DNA from: Chrysomallon squamiferum
Lineage: Eukaryota > Animalia > Mollusca
NCBI GenBank assembly: GCA_012295275.1
Contig: CM022677.1
Coordinates: 26,598,001 to 26,662,000 of the forward strand
Length of the DNA: 64,000 bases
Direction of reading: 5' to 3'
In this document: positions 1 to 41,292 of the stretch, piece after piece
How positions within the stretch are numbered: the first letter of the stretch is position 1
How the letters are laid out: each line of letters starts with the position of its first letter
Made by a program: the position numbers and the translations under genes
Notes under the pieces: generated by a model
The model's input: only the letters and a program-made list of their open reading frames with translations
Database searches by the model: none
Told to the model about the DNA's origin: nothing

Positions 1-182
1 TTGTATGTGTTTGTGTATTCTGTGTTGGTGCGGGTCACTGATTTGAATGTGTGTATATCTGAATGTGTGTATATCTGTGTGTATATCTGTGAGTATATCT
101 GAATGTGTGTATATCTGTGTGTATATCAGAATGTGTGTATATCTGAATGTGTGTATATAAAAGTGTTTACTGTGTGTTTCAG

Positions 183-28034
<27,852 letters not shown>

Positions 28035-29276
28035 CCAAGTCAGTGATGGGCACACGAGCTACTGTCACAGTCAGTGCCTGAGTCAAGAATCTGAATACTG
28101 TGTATTTTGAATTCCTAGAAAATAGTTGAAGACATAAAACCTAATAAAAACAAGAAAAGAAGAAGAAAAAAAATAGTAATAGGGCTAAAAAAAAAAGAGA
28201 AAGAAAAAGAATAATAAGTATTAATAAAAATTAAAAAGAAAATAATAATAATAATAATAAATATTGTAGAATAAAAAATTAAAATACAACAGGGAAACAA
28301 AAAAAATTAGATTTAATAATAAATTTACTTCACTGAGAATGACTACATAACCGACGTCAGCACTACAGATATCAGTACAAATCAGACAAATATGTCACTG
28401 TTGGAGATAAGAGAGTTATCCAACCTGGCTTCAGACAGAGTCACCTAACAGAACAGAGTTGCACGCCTTGGGTGTTGATGGAGTTGCCTGACCTGAACAT
28501 GGACAGAGTTGTCCACCCTGGCTTTAAAATGTTGTCCAGGTTGACAACTGATGATACAGTGATAAAAAGGATAAGAAAACACGCAGAAAGAAAGAAAGGA
28601 AAAGGAAAGTATGAAAGAAAAAAACAAATTAAGAGGAAATATTATATAAAAATATAAATGAGTTATAAAGATGGGCTGTATTTAGAAAGCAGTCGTCCAT
28701 CCATTATTTAGTTCAGTCATTTGTGATATTAAGAGAATATTTAAATTTTCTTGTTTCAAATGTAAAGAACTATCATTATTACTATTATTATTATTATTAC
28801 TATTATTATTATTACTATTATTACTATTATCATTATTATTATTATTACTGTGACTATTATTATTATTATTATTACTATTATTATTATTATTATTTTAATT
28901 GCAACTAGAGACAATGCAGTTTGTACTGTGAATATTTCAGAATAATAATAATAATACTTTTGACAACTTTTTTAAATGTGATTTTTAAATTGTTGTTCTT
29001 TTTAAAGGTAGGTATATGTATACATCTTTATTTACAAATATCATATATCTTGCCTACATATTCCATTATACAGTTTATTGCAGTAGGTATATTTCCATGC
29101 ATGTTAGTATAAGAAGTTCCTTTTTACTATTATTATTATTATTATTTTTATTACCTCTGAATGTAAAGGTAATGCTGTAAATCATGAATTTTAGTGAACA
29201 TAAAATATTAGCAATTTCATGATGCCATAGATTGCAAAATTAACTGTTTGACTGCCATCGTAATGTTTAATACTTC

Positions 29277-29339
<63 letters not shown>

Positions 29340-30974
29340 GAAGAAGAAGAAGAAGAAGAGTAATATTAATAATAATACAAGTAATGAAGATAATAATAAA
29401 CAGTTACCAATGAAATCCATCAGAGCCATTCTAAATTATGAATAGTTTAGCACTGTTTTAATAAAATGTCACTATTTTAAAACCAATTATTTCTGTCAAA
29501 AAAAAAAAAAAAATTAAAAAAATAAATAAAAGAAAAAAAAATTTTCTCAAATATTATTTTCTCAAAATAAAAAAAATAAATAAATAAATGAAGTAAAAGA
29601 AAATTATAAAAGAAAATTCTTAGATTAAAAATAATAATAAATACATACAGTAATAAATAATTAAAGAATAATTCACAATTCTATTCTGAACATATAGCTA
29701 AGCTAACCATGACAAAGAATAACAAATATACAAGAAATAAAATGATTCAGTAATATTAAATACAAAAATATATGTCTGAATAAGCAGAACTTCACTAAAA
29801 GTTGAGAATAAAAACATTTAATAAATGTTAAACTTTGAAATGACATTAAAGGAAAATATATTTCTAAATTAAATATAATTTCGTTTCATAATTATAATTA
29901 ATTGTTTTTTATTTTACAGATAACCACTTCTGTATTTAATTAATTATTATTATTATTATAATCATTATTAGTATTGATTAATTAATTACTTTGTTGCTGT
30001 ATTTTTATGTTCACTAATACATCATGATTTACAGTAAACCAATTTCTGCTATATTTTTCACTTAACTAAAGTATATGTAAGTAGAAAACTGTTTGGATGT
30101 AGACATTACACTTTAATGGGGACTTAGACTGGATACAAACATGTGAAATAAAGATAATCATGTGATGAAACTGCTTCTTCCTTAATATGAGCAAAATGCT
30201 TTTTAGAAGCCATACAGTTAGTTTTTGTGTTTATCTTCAGTCACTGAAACATGCATAATAATGATGATGTTAATAATAATAACAACAATAACAACAAAAT
30301 AATATAATAAGTAGTGTGAAATGTATACTTATTGTCTTTTCATATACAAATCAAGAACATGTATGTGTATTCTTTTGTTTATTCATATTTATATACCAGC
30401 CACACATAGCAAGTCATATTTATATGACAAAATATACATAACAGACACATATAACACCATATAAATAACACCAGACACACATAGCACCAGACAAACATAA
30501 CAACAAGCATACTTATATTTCATCAGATACACATACATGACCTCAGACATACTATCAAATTACTGACATATCTTCAGACACACAAAACATCAAAGTTAAA
30601 CAACAGAAGCAACTACTCCAGGTTACTTATGCAGACAATTAACAGAGAAAGTGAGAAAGAGCAAAATCAGAACAAGCCACATGCATAGAGATACATAGAG
30701 ATAGAGACAATCAGAGAGAGAGATGGAAAGACAGAGAAAAAGAGAGAGCAAATAGATACACTAAAAGGGTCAGATGGTTTAGATGTGTCTCCTGTGAGAG
30801 ATGCAGTAATCTGAAATAACAGGTTGAAATGGAAGTGAAGGTGGCTGAAGACTGGAATGGTATGGTGGAAGACAACATCATATATACCTTTATAGTTAAA
30901 TCTGATGTCCATAAGAATCAAACATACATGTGGCTTTTGACTACAAAAAAAAGAAAAAAGTTTGTATTATGCTT

Positions 30975-32412
30975 GTTCCTCACTGGCATATTCCCCACTG
31001 TATTCCTCACTGTGTATTTCTCTGTGTATATTTCTCACTGTATTTCTCTCTGTGTATTTCTCACTGTATTTCTCATTTTATTCCCCACTGTGTATTCCTC
31101 ACTGGCATTTTCCCCACTATGTATTCCTCACTGTGTATTTCTCACTGTATTTCCCACTGTGTATTCCTCACTATGTATTCCTCACTGGCATATTCCCCTC
31201 TGTTTATTTCTGACTGGTGTATTTCTCACTGTATTCTCCACTGTGTATTCCTCACTGGCATATTTCTCACTGTGTATTCCTCACTGGCATATTCCACTGT
31301 GTATTCCTCACTGGCATGTTCCTTACTGGTGTATTTCCCACTGTGCATTCCTCACTGGCATATTTCTCACTGTGCATTCCTCACTGGCATATTTCCCACT
31401 GTGCATTCCTCACTGGCATGTTCCTTACTGGTGTATTTCCCACTGTGTATTCCTCACTGGCATATTCCACATACCTGTGTATTCCTCACTGGCATGTTCC
31501 TTACTGGTGTATTTCCCACTGTGTATTTCTCACTGGCATATTCCCCACTGTATTTCTCACTGGCATATTCCCCACTGTATTTCTCACTGGCATATTCCCC
31601 ACTGTATTTCTCGCTGGCATATTTCCCACTGTGTATTCCTCAATGGCATATTTCCCACTGTGTATTTCTTACTGGTGTATTCTTTACTGGCATATTCCTT
31701 ACTGGTGTATTCCTCACTGGTGTATTCCTTGCTGGCGTATTCCTGTGTATTTCTCACTGGTGTACTCCTCACTGTGTATTTCTCACTGGTGTATTCCTCA
31801 CTGTATTTCTCACTGGTGTATTCCTTACTGGTGTATTCCTCACTGGTGTATTCCTCACTGATGTATTCCTTACTGGCGTATTCCTCACTATTTATCACTG
31901 GTGTATTCCTTACTGGCGTATTCCTCCCTGGTGTATTCCTTACTGTGTATTTCTCACTGGTGAATTCCTTACTGGCATATTCCTCTGTGTATTCCTTACT
32001 GGTGTATTCCTTACTGGCGTATTCCTCACTGTATTTGTCACTGGCATATTTCCCACTGTGTATTCCTCACTGGCATATTTCCCACTGTGTATTCCTCACT
32101 GGCATGTTCCTCAATGGTGTATTTCCCACTGTGTATTCCTTACTGGCATATTCCTCTGTGTATTCCTCACTGGCATATTTCTCACTGGTGTATTCCTTAC
32201 TGTATATTTCCCACTGTGTATTCCTCACTGGCATATTTCTCACTGGTGTATTCCTTACTGGCATATTCCTCTGTGTATTCCTTACTGGCGTATTCCTCAC
32301 TGGTGTATTCCTTACTGGCCTATTCCTCACTGTATTTCTCACTGGTGTATTCCTTACTGTGTATTTCTCACTGGTATATTCCTTACTGGCGTATTCCTCA
32401 CTGGTGTATTCC
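30975..32412. repeat. Degenerate minisatellite (CACTGG/TGTATTCCT-type short units) between the two genes
   Basis: Low-complexity tandem motif that produces spurious ORFs in all three + frames. Confidence 0.9.
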
Positions 32413-34604
32413 AGTTATGTTTAATCAGAGCTGAGGTGTAAGCTGAAGTGGAGAATGATTGTGACTTGCTGCATTCAGGAGGTCCAGCCACATGTGGATA
32501 GAGCATCAGGCATGTTGTGGGATCGGATCTATGGTCAGTACAGGACAGCACTGGACACTGTTGATGGACTCATGACAGCTCATTGAGAATTTGGTTCCGG
32601 TGCTACCAAAACAATGGCTGCGTAATCACACGTGACGACATCAGACAACTGACATCGTCTGTGAGTCTAAGAAATGTTGCTGAATTGAGGCAAAGGATGA
32701 TCATACTTACTTAATCTGATTTGTTGTTGAACATCCATGTTTCTCTGCGTCATCTACACATTTTCTGTAAAGTTAAATGCTTTGTTTCCTGCATCATCTC
32801 ACTCAGGCTTAGTTTCTTATTATCAGATGTGGTATGGTTTCATTTTTCAGATGTGGAACTTTTCAATACATTTTTCTTCTTATATAAATCCTTCTGGTTT
32901 TTCAACCTGATTGATTTCCTTTTGGCTTATGTATGTATGTATGTATGTATGCATGCATGCATGTTTGTTCTTTCTCTCTGATACTATTGCTGTTCATTTG
33001 ACTAATTACTGATGAGTGTCACTGTCATATTCTCTTTCCCTGAGATATCTTGCTCATTTAGGTATTTTCATTTATTATATATGTCCTTCCCTTTTAGACT
33101 GAAATAATTACTGTTCTTCTTATCTTTTCATATTGATGATGTAACTTTGTGTTTAGTTTTCTGTATGTGTCTAATTATTTGCAGCATTTTGTTTTGATGC
33201 CTGCCAAGTATTTGATAACAAATGTCTGGCATAATGTTTGATTTTTCTGTACATGTGTCTGGCGTTATGAAAGTGTATCTACTCTTTTAATAACAACAAA
33301 ACAGCAATAACAACAAAACATCAATAATAACTAAATAATAATACTAACAATAACAAACAATTAATAAATATATCATTTATTTATTTATTTGGGCAATTCC
33401 AGAACTGAAGGAAAAGTAATGTCCTCTTTCAGTATATTGTCTGTCACAAAAGAATCATCAAGTTTATTCAAGAAAAAAAATGTGAAGGGATATAATCATG
33501 TTCTTTCTAATTCTGTTAGCACTAACCAAGGCAAAGTTAAAAATTATCTCATTTAGCATAGAAATTATGTGATCTGTATTTGAGAGAAAAGAACCTGTAA
33601 CATCCATCACAGGAAAAAAGATAGGTGCAGTAAGAGCTGTCAAATTCCTGTAAGTCAGGAAAAATCGTTACTGCTGTCTTAGTCATTCAGCATGTTTAAC
33701 ACAGAAGGTGGTTTCACTGATTACAAGTAGACTATATATTTAGAATGATGCTATTTATGATGAATGAGATCCCTAGAGGGCAAATTCCTCTGATTTTCAA
33801 TAAGAATAGATTTCAATAAAAGGTGATAGCTATCCTTAATATATTAAAATCACACCTTTCTTTTCCCATCTTCTATTAAAATAAACAAAACCGCATGAAA
33901 TCATCTACTTTTTCTAAAAATGCTGCAGGCTGTGACATTGCTAATAATTGACTGGTTTTTGGTTTCAACTTGCCAGTTATTATATGACAGTTACCAAGTT
34001 GTCGCAAGACAATGGATACACTGGTCTATCTTCAGTGGCTGTGTAAAATTTTAAATGCTATAAAAAAGTTTATGTTGTTATACCCGTTGTAATACCCAAG
34101 ATTTTGCTCATGCATTAAAATGCTTTCATCATAACAGTGAACCAGATACTCCTTCCTGTGGACAGCAAACTTTATTTTATTTCAAAATGTAAAATCTGTC
34201 ACACACAATTATGTAATAATTCCTTACACTTTTATTTTCAAGACATTGTAATTGGTATCTTCTAAAGCCATTTCATCTTCATTCCAAGTGCAAATATATG
34301 CTTGCAATATTTAAAGGTTGCAGACAATTCTGAAAAGTAGTTGACTTTTACCATGTCCTTTTGATGTAACTTCAGTCATACACATATTTCAGGTCTTTCC
34401 TCTGTGACACAGAATAGGTTTGAACACAGGCAGGTTTCTTACTCAGGGTTAACTTCCTGTCTCTAGCAATCAGGTTCATTTGAATGATTTCCAACACCTG
34501 TGAATATAACGTTACCATGGAAATGCCCATTTATTTGTTAACAATTGATACTGAGATTAAGAACATTGATCTATTATTGCATGTATGTATATGCCGTATT
34601 TATC

Positions 34605-34736
34605 TTAGTATACAAATTTCAGATGTTTAATTGTTACACCATGCGTGATCCTCACTCTTTCGAAATTTCTAAATGATGTATGCTCCTTGGCATCATACAT
34701 ATGTCTGCCGTCAACATCAAACCTGAAGACAAGAGC
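34605..34736 (-). CDS. Gene B terminal exon, C-terminal part of galectin-like CRD
   Basis: ttttccttaatag|[43 protein letters not shown]; phase 0 matches the upstream donor. Confidence 0.7.
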   Translation of the reverse strand, partial: ALVFRFDVDGRHMYDAKEHTSFRNFERVRITHGVTIKHLKFVY

Positions 34737-37700
34737 CTATTAAGGAAAATTAACAAATTAAAGCAGATTTCAGAACTCAAAACAGAAAGAAAAACACCAA
34801 GATTACATAAATACATAATTTAACAGAAACTAGGAGTATACAGCCCCAGACATTTATGCCAAACCAGACAAACATACAATAACAAACCTCTGTGCAACAC
34901 CAGACGTAATTAAACAATACCATTCTTATACAACATCAGATATGACTACACAACACCAAACACACATAACACTGGACTTAATTACATACAAGACACACTT
35001 ATACAACAACAGATAATTTATACAACACTAGACATAATTACACACCAGGCACACTTATACACCACTGACATAATTACCATACACATTTGTACATCAGACA
35101 TAATTACACACCAGACACACTTGTAAATCACTGACATTACACACCAGACAGACTTGTAAATCACTGATATAATTACACAACAGACAGACTTGTAAATCAC
35201 TGATATAATTACACACCAGACACACTTATACATCACTGATATAATTACACAACAGACACATTTGTACACCACTGACATAATTACACACTAGACACACTTG
35301 TACATCACTGACATTACACACCAGACTTGTAAATCACTGATATAATTATACACCACACACTTGTACATCACTGACATAATTTCACACCAGACACACTTAT
35401 ACATCACTTACATAATTTCATACCAGAAACACTTATACATCACTGACATAATTTCAAAACCAGACACACTTATACATCACTGACATAATTAAGCACCAGA
35501 CAAACGTACACAACACCAGACACACTTATACAACAAGACATAATTACACACCAGACACACTTATACAACACCAGACATATTTTGCCACCAGACACGGTTA
35601 TACATCACTGACATAATTAAGTGTGTCAGACAAACGTACAGTGAACACAAATGTGGTCTGACATAATAATACACCAGACACTTATACTGGTTGAATTATG
35701 TCATGATAACACATGGTGTGAAATTATGTCACTGATGTATATACGGTGTGAAATTATTCAGTGATGTACAAGTCTGTCTGGTCTGTAATTATGTCAGTTA
35801 CCAGACACTTACACGTCAGACGTAATTACACACGAGACACTTTTACATTACTGACAATTATACATCACTGGCATAATTATACACCTGACACACTTATACA
35901 CCACTGACATAATTACACACCAAACACACTTATACATCACTGACATAATTACACACCAAACACACTTATACAACACTAGACATAATTACATACCAGACAC
36001 GCTTATACATCACTGGCATAATTACACACCAGACATAATTACACTCCAGACACACTTATACATCACTGACATAATTACACACCAGACACGCTTATACAAC
36101 ACCAGACACACTTATACATCACTGACATAATTATACACCAAACACACTTGTACATCACTGACATAATATCACACCAGACACACCTATACAACACTAGACA
36201 TAATTACATACCAGACACGCTTATACATCACTGGCATAATTACACACCAGACACACTTATACAACACTAGACATAATTTCACTCCATGTATACATCACTG
36301 ACATAATTACACACTAGACACACTTATACGTCACTGACATAATTTCACACCAGACACACTTATACATCACTGACATAATTTCACACCAGACACACTTATA
36401 CAACACTAGGCATAATTACACACCGGATACTTATACAACACTAGACATAATTACACACCAGACACACTTATACATCACGGACATAATTTCACACCAGACA
36501 CAGTTATACATCACTGGCATAACACCAGAAACACTTATAACGTCACCATGGAACTGCCCATTTATTTATTTGTTAACAATTGATACTGAGATTAAGAACA
36601 TTGATCTACGTTTGCATGTATGTATATGCCATATTTATGTTAGTATACAAATTTTGCCAGTGATGTAAAAGTGTCTGGTGTGTAATTATGTCAGTGATGT
36701 ATACATGAGGTGAAATTATGTCTAGTGTTGTATAAGTGTGTCTGTTGTGTAATTACATGTCACGAGACACTGTGTCTGGTCTACTGACACATGTATAAAT
36801 TGTCACACCAATACATCAGTGATGATATAATTACACACCAGACACTTACACAACATCAGACGTAATTACACACCAGACACTTATACATCACTGACCTAAT
36901 TACACACGACACTTGTACATCACTAGACATACTTTCACACCAGACAGATTTATACAACACCAGACATAATTTCACACCAGACTTATACAACACCAGACAT
37001 AATTACACAGCTGACACACTTAAATAAACACCAGACACACTTATACCTCACTTACATAATTACAAACCAGACACACTTATACATCACCAGACATAATTAC
37101 ACACCAGACACACCATATATCACTGACATAATTACACAACACACGTACATCACTGACATAATTACATACCAGACACACTTATACATCACTTACATAATTT
37201 CACACCACGCACACTTATACATCACTTACATAATTACACACCAGACACACTTATACAACACCAGACATAATTTCACACCAGACACACTTATACAACACCA
37301 GACATAATTTCACACCAGACTTATACAACACCAGACACACTTATACCTCTTACATAATTACAAACCAGACACACTTATACATCACTTACATAATTACACA
37401 CCAGACACACTTATACATCACTTACATAATTACACACCACTTATACATCACTTACATAATTACATACCAGACACACTTATACATCACTTACATAATTTCA
37501 CACCACGCACACTTATACATCACTTACATAATTACACACCAGACACTTATACATCACTTACATAATTTCACACCAGACACACTTATACATCACTTACATA
37601 ATTTCACACCAGACACACTTATACATCACTTACATAATTTCACACCAGACACACTTATACATCACTGACATAATTACACACCAGACACACTTATACAACA

Positions 37701-38506
37701 CCAGAGATAATTACACATACCAGGCACACTTATACATGACTGAGATAATTATACACCACACACTTATGCATGACTGAGATAATTATACACCAGACAGACT
37801 TGTACAACAATTTGAAACCATGTATACATCACTAACATAATTACACACCAGACATATATATCACTGATATAATTACACACCAGACATTTGTATAACAGAC
37901 ATAATTACATACCACATAAATCAATGACATAATTACACACCAGATAGTTATACAACACCATACACATAAATCACTCACATAATTACACATCAGACACATA
38001 CAATACCAGACATAATTACACATAAAATATATATGTGAGAGAGAAATATATATGTATATATCTACATCTATCTATCAATATATATCTGTATCCATCTATC
38101 CATCTATTTATCACACATATACATACACGTACTTGAGACTTATCTCGAGTGAGAGTTACAGTCATGTGAAAGGGAATCTCAGGTTCAAAAGGAAAATATT
38201 GTAGCCGTTGTTCACTACTCCACCCCCTGAAACCATAATAGTTGAAGACGACGTTCCTTTGTCGGAAATAATTATATCTTGCATCCATATGCACAAGAAT
38301 ATATTTATCAGAAATTAGGCTCACTATGAAACTATCATGATGCAAAATAGAAGGATAAAAATAAGAAAAAATCAAATCATATGCAACGTTTGGTATAATT
38401 ATAATTATACAACATTAAAACTATCCTTCATCCATCCATCCTTCCAAATATATTGCAACTTATCTACCTCTGACTCTCCCTCTGTAAACACAAACACAAA
38501 CACCCA

Positions 38507-38545
<39 letters not shown>

Positions 38546-41253
38546 ACAAAACATAGAATCTGAATGTTTGTGCAAAAATACCTGCTTCATACTTTCATCA
38601 ATACATATAATATGTGTTTCTGTGTGTGTTTGTTAATGAATATAATGAATGTATAAGAAATGCATACAGACTGATAGATAGATGGATAGATAGGTAGATA
38701 GATAGATAGATAGATAGACAGACAGATAGATAGGTTGTACATTTATATGTTTGTTAATGTATATATTTTAATACATACACACCACATATACAAAAATATA
38801 AAAACACACACACATACACATATGTATACAAATACACACACATCCACACATACAAAACGAAATAAAATTACTGTACAAGTGAATAAATGCTTACCGTCTA
38901 AAATTATATTTTGGAATTCCTTCAAAAATCATCTTCCAGCCCTCACTGACTTTGAATGGTATATTGACTTCAAAATCTGACTTCTGTAAACAGTTTTAAT
39001 ACAGAGATATATACATACATGCATATGTGCATTCATATGTACAAATACATACATTCATGCAAGCATGCATTCATAAATAAAACACATACACAGACAAACA
39101 CGCTCACACATATATATATATATATATATATATGTATCTACATACATATGTAACAATATAGATACGTACATACATACATATATATACATTCAAAAACACA
39201 AAATGCAGCATAATCTTTTGTTTGACTGAAGTATCATCAAGACAACTGTTGTTGATTGTTTGTGTTTCACTGACTACAGGGGAAGGCAGCAGTGACTGTT
39301 AACAATTCTGTTGATCACTTCTTGTGAAGTATCATCAAGACAACTGATGTTGATTGTTTGTGTTTCACTGACTACAGCAGTGACTGTTAACAATTCTGTT
39401 GATCACTTCTTGTGAAGTATCATCAAGACAACTGATGTTGATTGTTTGTGTTTCACTGACTACAGCAGTGACTGTTAACAATTCTGTTGATCACTTCTTG
39501 TGAAGTATCATCAAGACAACTGATGTTGATTGTTTGTGTTTCACTGACTACAGGGGAAGGCAGCAGTGACTGTTAACAATTCTGTTGATCACTTCTTGTG
39601 AAGTATCATCAAGACAACTGATGTTGATTGTTTGTGTTTCACTGACTACAGCAGTGACTGTTAACAATTCTGTTGATCACTTCTTGTGAAGTATCATCAA
39701 GACAACTGATGTTGATTGTTTGTGTTTCACTGACTACAGCAGTGACTGTTAACAATTCTGTTGATCACTTCTTGTGAAGTATCATCAAGACAACTGATGT
39801 TGATTGTTTGTGTTTCACTGACTACAGCAGTGACTGTTAACAATTCTGTTGATCACTTCTTGTGAAGTATCATCAAGACAACTGATGTTGATTGTTTGTG
39901 TTTCACTGACTACAGCAGTGACTGTTAACAATTCTGTTGATCACTTCTTGTGAAGTATCATCAAGACAACTGATGTTGATTGTTTGTGTTTCACTGACTA
40001 CAGCAGTGACTGTTAACAATTCTGTTGATCACTTCTTGTGAAGTATCATCAAGACAACTGATGTTGATTGTTTGTGTTTCACTGACTACAGGGGAAGGCA
40101 GCAGTGACTGTTAACAATTCTGTTGATCACTTCTTGTGAAGTATCATCAAGACAACTGATGTTGATTGTTTGTGTTTCACTGACTACAGCAGTGACTGTT
40201 AACAATTCTGTTGATCACTTCTTGTGAAGTATCATCAAGACAGCTGATGTTGATTGTTTGTGTTTCACTGACTACTGACTACAGCAGTGACTGTTAACAA
40301 TTCTGTTGATCACTTCTTGTGAAGTATCATCAAGACAGCTGATGTTGATTGTTTGTGTTTCACTGACTACAGGGGAAGGCAGCAGTGACTGTTAACAATT
40401 CTGTTGATCACTTCTTGTGAAGTATCATCAAGACAGCTGATGTTGATTGTTTGTGTTTCACTGACACAGGAAGGCAGCAGTGACTGTTAACAATTCTGTT
40501 GATCACTTCTTGTGAAGTATCATCAAGACAACTGATGTTGATTGTTTGTGTTTCACTGACTACAGCAGTGACTGTTAACAATTCTGTTGATCACTTCTTG
40601 TGAAGTATCATCAAGACAACTGATGTTGATTGTTTGTGTTTCACTTACAGGGGAAGGCAGCAGTGACTGTTAACAATTCTGTTGATCACTTCTTGTGAAG
40701 TATCATCAAGACAACTGATGTTGATTGTTTGTGTTTCACTGACTACAGCAGTGACTGTTAACAATTCTGTTGATCACTTCTTGTGAAGTATCATCAAGAC
40801 AACTGATGTTGATTGTGTTTCACTGACTACAGCAGTGACTGTTAACAATTCTGTTGATCAGTTCTTGTGAAGTATCATCAAGACAACTGATGTTGATTGT
40901 TTGTCACTGACTACAGGGGAAGGCAGCAGTGACTGTTAACAATTCTGTTGATCAGTTCTTGTGAAGTATCATCAAGACAGCTGATGTTGATTGTTTGTGT
41001 TTCACTGACTACAGCAGTGACTGTTAACAATTCTGTTGATCACTTCTTGTGAAGTATCATCAAGACAACTGATGTTGATTGTTTGTGTTTCACTGACTAC
41101 AGCAGTGACTGTTAACAATTCTGTTGATCAGTTCTTGTGCCATACAGCTTCTTCTGGAGAGTCACCAAGTTTATTTCTCTTTACTTACGTTAATTAGATC
41201 TTCCTCCAAGTCACATTAATATACACTGTCATTGCTGCTATATTTGTATGTAT

Positions 41254-41292
<39 letters not shown>

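Noticed and set aside
30829-32441. 531-aa and 503-aa ORFs, the longest in the window
   Set aside because: They overlap in several frames across a stop-poor minisatellite; low complexity, no domain signal
38405-38481. Possible extra - strand exon [20 protein letters not shown]
   Set aside because: The flanking galectin exons already join in phase without it; it is partly GATG simple repeat and has no convincing donor
39227-41138. Regular repeat array resembling CRISPR
   Set aside because: No unique spacers and no cas genes; eukaryotic intronic tandem repeat
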